Shown here piece after piece: positions 29,173 through 39,042 of a stretch of DNA of 64,000 bases. How positions within the stretch are numbered: position 1 is the first letter of the stretch; the number at the start of each line of letters is the position of its first letter. Location: positions 14,441-78,440 of the forward strand of contig JAZNLC010000053.1 in NCBI GenBank assembly GCA_045578895.1. Direction: 5' to 3'. Under the pieces are notes generated by a model. It had not been told where the DNA came from. It saw only the letters and a program-made list of their open reading frames with translations, and did no database searches. A program made the position numbers and the translations under genes. Origin of the DNA: Faecousia sp. (lineage in GTDB: Bacteria; Bacillota; Clostridia; Oscillospirales; Oscillospiraceae).

Positions 29173-29880
29173 ATGTATACAGTTCTTGTAATTTCCTGCC
29201 ACCCCGATGATATGGAAATCGCATGTGCCGGCACTTTGCTGAAGTGCAAGGAAAGAGGCGACCGTGTCGTTGTTTGCCATCTGTCCAGCGGCAACCTGGG
29301 CCATGTTATTATCCCGCCGGATGAGCTGACGGTTATGCGAGCAAAGGAAGCTGAGCGATCCGCGGAACTGGCAGGCTTTGAGATCATCCACAGCAGCTTT
29401 GATGATCTTGCCATCTATGACAACAATAAGGAAGCTCGTGATAAGGTCGTGGATGTGATCAAGTCCGTCAATCCTGATTTCATTATTACCCATGACCCTG
29501 ATGACTATATGCCAGATCATACTGCGGTTTCCCGCCTGGTATTCGATGCCAGTTTTACTGCTACACTGCCCAACTACCATACAAAGGTACCCGGTGCAGC
29601 CCGGCTGGTGCCGATCTACTATATGGACACCCTGGCTGGTGTTAACTTTAATCCTACGGAGTATGTGGATGTGACACCCTATATCGATAAGAAACTGGAA
29701 ATGCTGGAGTGTCACGAATCTCAGGTCGTATGGATGCGCGATCATGACGGTATCGATTTCCCTGATATGGTCAAGACCTGCTCCCGTTATCGTGGTTATC
29801 AGTGTGGCGCTGACTATGCGGAAGGCTTCCGTCAGTGTCAGGTCTATCTGAAGGGTACTACCAAGCGTTTGCTTCCCTAA
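29173..29880 (+). CDS. PIG-L/LmbE-family N-acetyl-sugar deacetylase (cytoplasmic)
   Basis: CHPDDME, ITH..DDY.PDH, HESQ, AEGF motifs. Confidence 0.88.
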   Translation: MYTVLVISCHPDDMEIACAGTLLKCKERGDRVVVCHLSSGNLGHVIIPPDELTVMRAKEAERSAELAGFEIIHSSFDDLAIYDNNKEARDKVVDVIKSVNPDFIITHDPDDYMPDHTAVSRLVFDASFTATLPNYHTKVPGAARLVPIYYMDTLAGVNFNPTEYVDVTPYIDKKLEMLECHESQVVWMRDHDGIDFPDMVKTCSRYRGYQCGADYAEGFRQCQVYLKGTTKRLLP

Positions 29881-29904
29881 TATAATAACAAAGGAGATCA
29901 TGTT

Positions 29905-30852
29905 ATGAACTTTAATTCTACTGTTAAGGGTTCTGCCCTGGAAGGTTTCTATCCCGCCGGTTGGGATTTTGATAAGATCGATGCTTGCATTGATGCCCCT
30001 GAGAAGGTAACCGAGCGCCAGGCTCACTGGAATCCCGGCTTCACACCCGTGCAGTGCGAAAGCCTGAGCGAGTTCGAGACCTACATGGGCCACGAAATCG
30101 CAATGCAGATTAAGCTGGCCAAGGAAGCCGGAGAGAAGGTTGCCTTCATCCTGCCCGTTGGTCCTATGGGTATGTATAAGTGGGTTGTCTACTTCCTGAA
30201 AGAGTGGAAGGTTTCCTGCGAGCATGTCTACACGTTTAACATGGATGAGTGGGCTGACGGCGAGGGCAACACCCTGGCTTCGGATAACCCCGGCGCATTC
30301 CAGTATGCTATGGAGCAGGCGTTGTTCAATCCTCTGGGCGAGCTGACAGTTCCCAAGAATCAGAGAAACTTTGCTACCAAGGAGAACCTGCCTACTTATC
30401 CTGAGAAGATTGCTGCTTTGAAGGCAGAAGGCGCGAAGCTGGTACTCGTTTACGGTATCGGTAGAATGTGCCATATCGCCTTCTGGGAACCCACCTTTGC
30501 TGCTGATTATGCTACCGCTGAGGAATGGGAGAAGGCACCTTACCGCATTGGTGCAAAGATCCATCCGTTGACTGTTGAACAGAATGCGCTGACCAGCTTT
30601 AAGTCCAGAACAACCTTGGTGCCTTGCCGTGCCAACACCATCGGCCCCGGCCTGTTCCTGCAGGCTGACTACGCCATCGGCGGTGCTGACGGCACTCTGG
30701 GCAGAGGCATGCAGTGGCAGGGTATGTCCCTGTGGATGACCCTTCGCTACGGCAAGACTCCCTGGATTACTTCTTCGTACATTCCCACTTTGGCAGGCCG
30801 CCTCTTCTTCCTGAAGGAACTGGCAGGTCCCCTGGTTGCTGAGTGCAACTGA
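29905..30852 (+). CDS. Divergent glucosamine-6-phosphate deaminase/isomerase (NagB/RpiA fold)
   Basis: [25 protein letters not shown], resembling NagB FNLDEY and GIG.NGHI.FNEP. Confidence 0.75.
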   Translation: MNFNSTVKGSALEGFYPAGWDFDKIDACIDAPEKVTERQAHWNPGFTPVQCESLSEFETYMGHEIAMQIKLAKEAGEKVAFILPVGPMGMYKWVVYFLKEWKVSCEHVYTFNMDEWADGEGNTLASDNPGAFQYAMEQALFNPLGELTVPKNQRNFATKENLPTYPEKIAALKAEGAKLVLVYGIGRMCHIAFWEPTFAADYATAEEWEKAPYRIGAKIHPLTVEQNALTSFKSRTTLVPCRANTIGPGLFLQADYAIGGADGTLGRGMQWQGMSLWMTLRYGKTPWITSSYIPTLAGRLFFLKELAGPLVAECN

Positions 30853-30856
30853 TTCT

Positions 30857-31834
30857 ATGAATAACACAATCAGAAGCGGCATTGCGGTAGCAGGAACCGT
30901 AATCGTCGATAAGATCAACGAGATCTCGGCTTATCCTGCAGCCGGTGAGCTGACGCAGATCCGCAGCATTCAAAATGCCATTGGCGGTTGTGTGCCCAAT
31001 GTTGCCATTGATCTTAAGAAGATCGCGCCTCAGCTTACCATCAGCGCCATCGGAAGCATCGGCGACGATGGAGAAGGCGCGTTTGTAACGGAAACGCTGA
31101 CGAATGCAGGGCTGGATATTTCCGGGCTTGGCATCAAAGCAGGTGAGAAGACCAGTTTCACGGATGTGATGAGCATCCCCGGCGGTCAGCGTACTTTCTT
31201 TACTTACCCCGGTGCCAGTGCAAAGTTTGGTGTGGATGATATTGATTTCGAAGCGTTGGACGCAAAAATCCTACATTTGGGTTATTTCCTGCTGCTGCAG
31301 AAGGTTGATGATGGTGACGGCATCAAAATTCTGCAAAAGGCGCTGGAGTACGGCATGGAAACATCCATTGATTTAGTCAGCGAGAACTCAAATCGATATG
31401 GTCTTGTTCTGCCTTGCCTGCCTTACACGGATTATCTGATCATTAATGAATTGGAAGCGGGGAAGCTGACCGGTATGGAACCAGCTGATGAGAATTTGCC
31501 CGCCATTGCGCAGAAACTGAAAGACCTTGGTGTACGAAAAAAGGTTATCATCCACAAGCCTGACCGTTCTGTTTGTTGTTCCTGTGCGGGTATATCGGTC
31601 CTGGGGTCTTACATCCTGCAGGATGGCTATATCCAGGGTACTACAGGCGCCGGTGACGCATTCTGCGCTGGCGCATTGTACGGCATTTACAATGACTGGG
31701 CAGATGTAGAAATCATGGAGTTTGCATCCGCCTGTGCGGTTATGGCGCTGGGTAGTGCTGATGCAACCAGCGGTATGAAAACTGAACCGGAAATTAAGGA
31801 TTTCTGTGAATCCTTTGACAGACGGAATGTTTGA
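30857..31834 (+). CDS. PfkB-family carbohydrate kinase
   Basis: GGCVPNVA, G.IGDDGEG, NELEA, GTTGAGDAF. Confidence 0.93.
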   Translation: MNNTIRSGIAVAGTVIVDKINEISAYPAAGELTQIRSIQNAIGGCVPNVAIDLKKIAPQLTISAIGSIGDDGEGAFVTETLTNAGLDISGLGIKAGEKTSFTDVMSIPGGQRTFFTYPGASAKFGVDDIDFEALDAKILHLGYFLLLQKVDDGDGIKILQKALEYGMETSIDLVSENSNRYGLVLPCLPYTDYLIINELEAGKLTGMEPADENLPAIAQKLKDLGVRKKVIIHKPDRSVCCSCAGISVLGSYILQDGYIQGTTGAGDAFCAGALYGIYNDWADVEIMEFASACAVMALGSADATSGMKTEPEIKDFCESFDRRNV

Positions 31835-31852
31835 TTTCGAAAGGAAATACAT

Positions 31853-33064
31853 ATGAAAGCTGTAATGTATGGCGGCGGAAATATCGGTAGAGGCTTTATT
31901 GGCACCCTTTTCTCCGCTTCCGGTTATGAGACAATATTTGTTGATGTAGTAGATGTTGTCGTAAATACACTGAACCAGGAGCATAAGTATCCTGTTCGCA
32001 TTCTGTCAAATGAGGGCCATAAGGACGTTGAAGTTACAAATGTTCGTGCTGTAGACGGCAAGAACGGGGATTTGGTTGCAGAAACCATTGCAGGTGCGGA
32101 TATTTTGGCAACTGCGGTGGGTGTGAATGTTCTGAAGTTTATCGTTCCCAATATTGCTGAGGGTATCCGCAGACGCATGGACCGTAACGGTGGTCCGTTG
32201 GATATTATCATCTGCGAAAACCTAATGGATGCCAATAAGGTCATCGAGAGTATGCTGAAGGCACTGCTGTCCGAAGATGAGCAGGTTTGGTTTGATGCAA
32301 ATATCGGTCTGGTGGAAGCTTCCATTGGTCGTATGGTGCCGGTTCAGACTGAAGAGATGAAGGACGGCAATCCCATGCGTGTTTGCGTCGAGGGATATGG
32401 TTATCTGCCTGTTGATAAGGCTGCCTTTAAGGGACAAATTCCCGATATCAAGAACATGGTTCCCTTTGAACCCTTTGATTTCTACATCAAACGCAAGCTG
32501 TATGTGCATAACATGGGCCATGCTACCTGCGCGTATTTGGGCGATCTTTTGGGACTGGAATACATTTATGAGTCCATTGACCGCGATGAAATATTCGCTG
32601 TGGTCAAGCTGGCGATGGAAGAGAGCGCGTTAGCTCTTTCTAAGCACTATAGTGTTCCCATGGAGTCTCTTTCTCTGCATATTAATGACCTGCTGTATCG
32701 CTTTACGAATGCTGCGCTGAAGGATACCTGTAAGCGCGTTGGCGGTGATCCTGCCAGAAAGCTTTCTGCCCATGATCGCTTGATCGGCGCCTCAACCTTG
32801 GTTCAGGAGACCGGGGAAGTGCCTGCCTACATCGCAATCGGTGCTGCGGCCGGCTTGAAGCGCTTCCTGGATGAGAAGGAAATGCATCAGAATGCAGCCA
32901 ATGCAGAGACTGTCCTGCTGGAAGTATCCGGCTTGGAGAAGGGCAGTGCGCTAGTTGAACGAATACTGGACATGTATTGTTTGATTCAGAGTGGCAGTAC
33001 CATTGGTCAGCTTCGCCGTGAGGCCGATAAGATTAAGGCAGCAAATAGAAGTAATGTAATTTGA
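31853..33064 (+). CDS. Mannitol-1-phosphate dehydrogenase family polyol(-phosphate) dehydrogenase
   Basis: GGGNIGRGF, ATAVG, CEN, RKLY.HN.GHA, RVG.DP.RKL..DRL (MtlD family). Confidence 0.85.
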   Translation: MKAVMYGGGNIGRGFIGTLFSASGYETIFVDVVDVVVNTLNQEHKYPVRILSNEGHKDVEVTNVRAVDGKNGDLVAETIAGADILATAVGVNVLKFIVPNIAEGIRRRMDRNGGPLDIIICENLMDANKVIESMLKALLSEDEQVWFDANIGLVEASIGRMVPVQTEEMKDGNPMRVCVEGYGYLPVDKAAFKGQIPDIKNMVPFEPFDFYIKRKLYVHNMGHATCAYLGDLLGLEYIYESIDRDEIFAVVKLAMEESALALSKHYSVPMESLSLHINDLLYRFTNAALKDTCKRVGGDPARKLSAHDRLIGASTLVQETGEVPAYIAIGAAAGLKRFLDEKEMHQNAANAETVLLEVSGLEKGSALVERILDMYCLIQSGSTIGQLRREADKIKAANRSNVI

Positions 33065-33080
33065 GCGAGAGGAAATTAAC

Positions 33081-34124
33081 ATGAAGAAAATTCGATGGGG
33101 TGTTATCGGTGCGGGTGGTATTGCCGACCGCAGAACAATTCCCGGCATGATGCTTTGTGAAAATGCTGAGTTGATCGCAGTTATGGAGATCAATATGGAA
33201 TTGGCTGAAAAGTGCAGGGCAAAATGGAATTGCAAAAAGGCATACGACAACGAAACAGACTTGCTGGCAGACCCTGAAATTGATGCTGTGTATATTGCAT
33301 CTCCTGTTGGTTTGCATGCGAAACAAGCTATGGCTGCAGCAGATGCCGGCAAACACATTTTGATTGAAAAGCCTTTGGCCATGACTGCGGAAGAGGGTCA
33401 GAAGGTGGTTGATTACTGCGAAGCCAAGGGAGTTAAGATCGCTGCCGGCTTGATGATGCGCTTTGGCTCCTACATCCAGGCGATGAAAAAAGCCATTGCA
33501 GAAGGCAAAATCGGCAAGCCAGTTTCTGGTTATGCACAGTTTACCTGCTGGTATCCCGACATCCCTGGCGCATGGCGGCAGACAAAGGCAGCCGGTGGCG
33601 GTGGTGCGATGATGGACATGGGCGTACACTGCATTGACTTGATGCAGTATATTTTGGGTTGCAATGTGGCACAAGTCGCTGCATTCCACGATACTTTGAG
33701 CTTCAAATATGAAGTAGAAGACTCCTCTATGGTCATGATGCGCATGGAAAATGGCTGCCAGTGTGTGGTTCAGTCCAACTTCAATATTCCCGATGAGGCT
33801 TCTACCTGGCGCGTTGAGGTGTTTGGTGACCGCGGTCGACTGATGGGTAGTGGTGTGATCGGACAGGTGGATGGTGGCACGCTGGATGCGATGTTCCTTG
33901 GCGAGCAGGGTGGATATGATGCGCAGCAGGATAAGGAAAATGCAGCTGGTCAGACTATTGCTGTAGAATTCGGCAACACCTATGAGCGTGAAATTTCCAG
34001 TTTTTCCAATTCTTTGCTCACTGGCGCACCTTTGGAAGTACCTGCACAGCAGGCGGTTCACGTACAGCGTGTTATGGAAGCCGCTTACCGCTCCAATGAT
34101 GAACGGATTATCGTTAAGGTTTAA
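33081..34124 (+). CDS. Gfo/Idh/MocA-family oxidoreductase
   Basis: WGVIGAGGIA, DAVYIASP..H, GKHILIEKP, GGGAMMDMGVH. Confidence 0.93.
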   Translation: MKKIRWGVIGAGGIADRRTIPGMMLCENAELIAVMEINMELAEKCRAKWNCKKAYDNETDLLADPEIDAVYIASPVGLHAKQAMAAADAGKHILIEKPLAMTAEEGQKVVDYCEAKGVKIAAGLMMRFGSYIQAMKKAIAEGKIGKPVSGYAQFTCWYPDIPGAWRQTKAAGGGGAMMDMGVHCIDLMQYILGCNVAQVAAFHDTLSFKYEVEDSSMVMMRMENGCQCVVQSNFNIPDEASTWRVEVFGDRGRLMGSGVIGQVDGGTLDAMFLGEQGGYDAQQDKENAAGQTIAVEFGNTYEREISSFSNSLLTGAPLEVPAQQAVHVQRVMEAAYRSNDERIIVKV

Positions 34125-34129
34125 CAAAA

Positions 34130-34157
34130 AATGGCCGACCCTCTTGGGTCGGCCATT
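34130..34157. terminator. Bidirectional terminator between convergent genes
   Basis: AATGGCCGACCC-TCTT-GGGTCGGCCATT. Confidence 0.75.
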
Positions 34158-34159
34158 AA

Positions 34160-34825
34160 TTATTTGCTCTGATCCATTGCCACAAGCCCGGAGCAGTACC
34201 GCTTGATTACGTGTTCTATATGGCTTTTTAAAAGCTCAGCGGACAAAGAAAAATCTCCCTTGCAAATAGTATCCGCCAGTATCCTGTGGGATGCATTATT
34301 GCTTTTCGGAATGGTAACATGATTTCGTGTTTGATAGATGCAGAGCTTGACTTCGGTAATAATGGAATCATATAAATTAAAAAGGCGGGGACTTCCAGCG
34401 AGACTAACTAACTTACTGTGAAATCGAATATCTGCCTGCACATATTCGTCCCACTGCTGTTGTCGATTGATGGATTCCAGCTCGTTGACAATTGCATATA
34501 GCTCTCGTGGAACGATTTTTGAATTGATGATTGTCGCAACCGCTTCGGTCTCAAGAAGGGTTCGTAAGTGAAATATTTCCTGCACATCGTTAACAGTGAA
34601 CCGTTTGACGGACACACCTTTATTTGCAACCTTCGTTAGTAGGCCGCGGGCAAGTAAGTGGGCAATAGCTTCCCGTACTGTATTTCTGCTGACACCATAG
34701 CGAGCAGCAAGTTCATTCTCTATAATACGTTCGCCCGGTGTGAATGTTTGACAGAGAATGTCTTTTTCCAGCGCGCTGCGTACAGCATCCACGGTCGAGA
34801 CTATCTGAATGGGAGAAGATTCCAT
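34160..34825 (-). CDS. GntR-family (FadR/FCD) regulator
   Basis: PGERI.E.ELA..YGVSR.TVREA wHTH; D.RFH..L FCD domain; ATG 34825 with AAGGAGG RBS. Confidence 0.93.
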   Translation of the reverse strand: MESSPIQIVSTVDAVRSALEKDILCQTFTPGERIIENELAARYGVSRNTVREAIAHLLARGLLTKVANKGVSVKRFTVNDVQEIFHLRTLLETEAVATIINSKIVPRELYAIVNELESINRQQQWDEYVQADIRFHSKLVSLAGSPRLFNLYDSIITEVKLCIYQTRNHVTIPKSNNASHRILADTICKGDFSLSAELLKSHIEHVIKRYCSGLVAMDQSK

Positions 34826-34905
34826 ATGACGCACCTCCTTTTTTATATAATACCATCTAATGTATTGAAATTTCAAGATAAAAAACTTGTGTTGATAAAT
34901 GTAGG

Positions 34906-34950
34906 ATTGTTCAACAATGCGTTGACATTTATTCCTGATGCATGTATAAT
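34906..34950 (+). promoter_or_regulatory. Consensus sigma-A promoter with adjacent GntR-type operator
   Basis: TTGACA(34922)-N17-TATAAT(34945); palindrome ATTGTT-C-AACAAT at 34906-34918. Confidence 0.8.
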
Positions 34951-34975
34951 AAGCAAAGAACTGGGAGGGGATTTT

Positions 34976-36055
34976 ATGCGAATCGATGAAATCGATCAGA
35001 ACCTAAGAATAGAAACTGAAATTTCTGAGCCGGACCTTGTTTGGCTGAATGCCCGTGATGTGCCTTTTGTAATTACCGGTGTTCTGTATGATGAAGTGCA
35101 GGGGTGTTTTGTACGTCTGCCACAGAACATTGCCGACAGTGTTTCCGACGGCGTAGCTAATTTAAATCACCACACTGCCGGTGGCAGGGTCCGCTTTCGA
35201 TCCGATTCCACATGTATTGCTATTAAGGCCGTAATGGCAACGGATTATTTGATGTCCCATATTACACTGATCGGTCAGTCGGGGTTTGATCTCTATCGTA
35301 AGGTTGAAGGTGGACAAGACCTGTTTCACCAATCATTTAGGCCGCCAATGGGCATGCGTTCTGGTTATGAATCTGCCGTAATGTCAAACGGTAAACTTTG
35401 TGATTATACCATTAACTTCCCACTATATGACGGTGTGAAAGAACTCTACATAGCACTTAAGAAAAACTCAATTTTGGAGGCGCCAACACCTTATACATAT
35501 CAAAAACCTGTGGTATATTACGGGTCTTCCATTACACAAGGCGGCTGTGCCTCCAGACCAGGTAATAGTTACCAAGGAATTTTGAGTCGACGTTTGGATA
35601 CAGACCATGTTAATCTTGGATTTTCCGGCAGCGGCAGAGCAGAGAAAGAAATGGTTGATTATCTTGCTTCGCTGGATATGAGTGTGTTTGTGTGTGACTA
35701 TGATTATAACTGTCTTTCTCCCGAACATCTGTGGAAGACTCACTTGCCACTGTATAGAACGATCCGTCAAGCGCATCCGCAATTGCCGATTATATTCATT
35801 TCAGCACCAACAGTATTAAAGGAACCTGAGAATTTTTCGGAGCGTAGAGCGGCTGTACGCGCGACTTATGATACTGCTGTTGCTGAAGGCGACTCAAACG
35901 TCTACTACATTGATGGTGCTGAGCTTTTTGAAGGCGAATGCTGGGACAGCTGTACCGTTGATGGAGTCCATCCCAATGATTTCGGTTTCTACCGAATGGC
36001 TATTCGTATTGAAAGAACACTAAAGCCTATTTTGGAAAAAATAGGAGATTTATAA
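34976..36055 (+). CDS. SGNH/GDSL esterase (probable carbohydrate O-acetylesterase)
   Basis: YGSSITQG, NLGFSG, DGVHP catalytic blocks; ATG 34976 with GGAGG RBS. Confidence 0.88.
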   Translation: MRIDEIDQNLRIETEISEPDLVWLNARDVPFVITGVLYDEVQGCFVRLPQNIADSVSDGVANLNHHTAGGRVRFRSDSTCIAIKAVMATDYLMSHITLIGQSGFDLYRKVEGGQDLFHQSFRPPMGMRSGYESAVMSNGKLCDYTINFPLYDGVKELYIALKKNSILEAPTPYTYQKPVVYYGSSITQGGCASRPGNSYQGILSRRLDTDHVNLGFSGSGRAEKEMVDYLASLDMSVFVCDYDYNCLSPEHLWKTHLPLYRTIRQAHPQLPIIFISAPTVLKEPENFSERRAAVRATYDTAVAEGDSNVYYIDGAELFEGECWDSCTVDGVHPNDFGFYRMAIRIERTLKPILEKIGDL

Positions 36056-37101
36056 TGGGTGAAAACATACTGATCAAACGGCAGGATCTGGAAGAGAGGG
36101 TTCTGAAAATCCTTACTACATTAAATGTAAGCTGTGAGGATGCCAAGATGATTGCAGACACATTGATCCAAGCGGAAGTGTGGGGCGTTACATCCCATGG
36201 CATTCTCAGATTGGAACACTATGTTCGATGTCTGCAGTCAGGCGGTATTCTGCCAAATGCAAGCTTTACTGTAGAACAACAGTACGGGAATTGGGTACGC
36301 GCCAGCGCTAACGGCGGCCTGGGCATTCCTGCCAGCTGCAAAGCTACTGAATTGGTAACCAAGTTGGCCAAGGAACATGGCATTGCAATTGTGAACCTGA
36401 AAGAGAGTCACCATAACGGTGCGGAAGGTGTTTATGCCCATGCCATTGCCAAAGAAGGTATGATTGGCATGGTTATGAGTACAGGAAACCCCATTATGGC
36501 TGTTACAGGAAGCTGTGAGGCAACCATTGGTAATAATCCATTTGCCTATGCGGTGCCTGCGGGCAAATACAACATCTTGATGATGGATGTTGCTATGAGC
36601 GCTGTCGCCGATGGCAAGGTTCAGGTCGCAAAAGCTACCGGCAAATTACTCGAACCTGGCTGCATTTTGAATAAGAACGGAAAACCAAGTGTGATACCGG
36701 ATGACTATCTAAGTGGTGGTGTTCTGCTGCCTTTTGGCGCGCATAAAGGTTACGGTTTATCTGTTATGGTTGAGTGCATGGCGGGTATTATGTCCGGCGC
36801 GGCGCTGACACACGACATTGACTCATGGAATAAGAAACCGGGGAATTGTGGTAATACTGGCCATATGTTTATGGCGATGGATATTTCCAAGATGATGGCA
36901 GTTGAGGATTATACCAAGTCTGTAGAGACTATGATTGAGCAATTTAAGACTGCGAAAAAAGCCGAGGGCGTTAGCGAGATATTCTTCCCTGGCGAACTGG
37001 AGCAACGACGCGCAGCATTGACCGGCGATATGGTCAGATTGCTACCTTCTACATGGGAAAAACTCGAGCTTGCCGCACAGTATACTGGTATCACACTGTA
37101 A
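36055..37101 (+). CDS. Ldh_2 family oxidoreductase (AllD/YiaK/ComC type)
   Basis: GV.SHG, S.H.GA, IGNNPFA, MD.A.S, PFG.HKGYGL, PGE.E. Confidence 0.9.
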   Translation: MGENILIKRQDLEERVLKILTTLNVSCEDAKMIADTLIQAEVWGVTSHGILRLEHYVRCLQSGGILPNASFTVEQQYGNWVRASANGGLGIPASCKATELVTKLAKEHGIAIVNLKESHHNGAEGVYAHAIAKEGMIGMVMSTGNPIMAVTGSCEATIGNNPFAYAVPAGKYNILMMDVAMSAVADGKVQVAKATGKLLEPGCILNKNGKPSVIPDDYLSGGVLLPFGAHKGYGLSVMVECMAGIMSGAALTHDIDSWNKKPGNCGNTGHMFMAMDISKMMAVEDYTKSVETMIEQFKTAKKAEGVSEIFFPGELEQRRAALTGDMVRLLPSTWEKLELAAQYTGITL

Positions 37102-37113
37102 GGAGGATGCATA

Positions 37114-37887
37114 ATGAGTAAATTGATCGCCTTGAAAGAAAAGCTTGCTGCCCGTCAGCCTGTCCTATCTACCACAATTGCGAATTTAACCTGGTCCGGT
37201 ATCATTCAGAAAGCTGCTGCGTTTGATTTTGACATGATGATGTTTGACCTTGAACATGGCACATTGGCTATTGAATCCGTGGAAGGTTTGCTGCGGATGT
37301 GCCGACTTTGCGATCTTCCTTCTGTGGTCCGTGTGCCTGATTGCGTTCCTCATTTGATCTCCAAAACTCTTGATATGGGTGCGGACGGTGTGCTGATCCC
37401 TAGAGTGGAATGCCTGGAGCAGGTGGAGACAGTGATCCGGTGCGCCCGCTATTACCCCCGCGGACGAAAGGGCTGCGGCGGTTTCTCCAATTTGCGAGCA
37501 GAAGATAAAGGTAGCGTGGATTGCTATAACGATAACCGCCTGATATTTATTCAGATGGAATCCAGCGAAGGCCTGGAGATTCTTCCTGAGATACTTGATA
37601 AGTACGGCAAAGAACTATCGGGTGTTCTCATTGGACCTTATGATACATCCATCATGATCGGCACACCGCTGGATATTCTCAGCGATGCTATGACCGGTTA
37701 CATTGGTAATGTTTTTTCGATTTGCAACGATTATGGTATTGCCTGCGGCAGCTTTGTTGACGGACCTGCGTTATTTACCCGTTACCGTGACCTGGGTGCA
37801 AATATATATTGGACCGGTACAGACATCGGTATGCTCTGCACTGGCTTTCAGATGACATGTGATGCTTTCAAAAAAGAAGTAAAATAA
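37114..37887 (+). CDS. HpcH/HpaI class II pyruvate aldolase
   Basis: DLEHG, VRVP, LDMGADGVL.P, YYPRG.KG, QME, IGPYD. Confidence 0.9.
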   Translation: MSKLIALKEKLAARQPVLSTTIANLTWSGIIQKAAAFDFDMMMFDLEHGTLAIESVEGLLRMCRLCDLPSVVRVPDCVPHLISKTLDMGADGVLIPRVECLEQVETVIRCARYYPRGRKGCGGFSNLRAEDKGSVDCYNDNRLIFIQMESSEGLEILPEILDKYGKELSGVLIGPYDTSIMIGTPLDILSDAMTGYIGNVFSICNDYGIACGSFVDGPALFTRYRDLGANIYWTGTDIGMLCTGFQMTCDAFKKEVK

Positions 37888-37894
37888 ATATTAT

Positions 37895-37926
37895 GCGGCA
37901 GCGGGTAAAACTTGCTGCCGCTTTTT
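37895..37926 (+). terminator. Intrinsic terminator
   Basis: GCGGCAGCGG..CTTGCTGCCGC followed by TTTTT. Confidence 0.75.
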
Positions 37927-37990
37927 ACTTGAGTCTTTTTATGACTTGTGGTATACTGTTAGCGATATATTTGTACGAAGGGGAGATATT

Positions 37991-38959
37991 ATGAATCCTT
38001 ATGTTGGACATCCGTCACAAATTTATGGTATCGAAGAACATCGTCTCGTAGGTGGCAAGGGTGATGGCATGCGTTTGTTGCACGTTCGTAACGGCCAAGG
38101 CCTGGAGTTGACAGTATCCATTGACCGCTGTGCGGATATTTCCCGTGTAACCATAGATGGTATGAATGTGGGTTATTTGTCCCCCTGTGGCTATGTTGCG
38201 CCGACATACTATCAGAATGAAGGCTTGGGGTGGCTGAAATCTTTTACTGCCGGTTTTTTAACTACCTGCGGTTTGGAAGCGGCAGGGAGTCCCTGCACCG
38301 ACGATGGCGAGGATCTTCCTTTACACGGAAGTATTGCCAACACTCCGGCAGAGCATGTGTATTGGTATGAGACTGATTCTGAACTTATCATTTGCGCTAC
38401 AATTAGAGATGAAGTGCTCTTTGGCCGTAAATTTCAAATGGACAGAAAAATTAGCGTTTCTTTGTCGGAGAATGTGTTCTGCATCCAGGATAAAGTAGCA
38501 AATACATCCGACAAAACACAACCTTTGCAAATTTTGTACCATATGAACATGGGCTACCCGCTCCTTGATGAAGACAGCATTGTTACAATACCGGGTTCTT
38601 CCGTGAAGGGCCGCGATGAGAATGCCGAAGCTCATATTCATAGCTGCCTGAAGATGGAACAACCACAGCCAGGCTACCAGGAGCGCTGCTATTATTTTGA
38701 ATTTGATAATAATGAGGGGAGCGCATCCATTTACCAGCCGAAGTACAACAAGGGACTTTGCATTACCTTTGACAGAAATACACTGGATTGCTTTACAGAA
38801 TGGAAGATGATGGGGTATCGTGATTATGTTCTTGGCTTGGAACCGGGAAATTGCTACCCTGATGGTCGTGATGTAATGCGTCAACTGGGAAAACTGAAGT
38901 TTTTGGAACCTAATCAAAGTTGCACTTTTGATATCCGAGTTAGTTTCTTTGAGAAATAA
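37991..38959 (+). CDS. Aldose 1-epimerase family protein (DUF4432-like)
   Basis: F.AGFLTTCGL, LHG, LYH.N.GYP, LGLEP. Confidence 0.85.
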   Translation: MNPYVGHPSQIYGIEEHRLVGGKGDGMRLLHVRNGQGLELTVSIDRCADISRVTIDGMNVGYLSPCGYVAPTYYQNEGLGWLKSFTAGFLTTCGLEAAGSPCTDDGEDLPLHGSIANTPAEHVYWYETDSELIICATIRDEVLFGRKFQMDRKISVSLSENVFCIQDKVANTSDKTQPLQILYHMNMGYPLLDEDSIVTIPGSSVKGRDENAEAHIHSCLKMEQPQPGYQERCYYFEFDNNEGSASIYQPKYNKGLCITFDRNTLDCFTEWKMMGYRDYVLGLEPGNCYPDGRDVMRQLGKLKFLEPNQSCTFDIRVSFFEK

Positions 38960-39042
38960 CTACATACCGTTTATGATTGGCTCTTCTTTATGCAAAATAG
39001 GTAGAAGGACTGATTTATGTGACTAGAAAGAGATGAACGCAG

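Noticed and set aside
34658-34975. N-terminal extensions in the ORF track (also starts at 4273, 25118, 29156, 43169, 49392)
   Set aside because: They overlap neighbouring genes or promoters; downstream starts have clear RBS.
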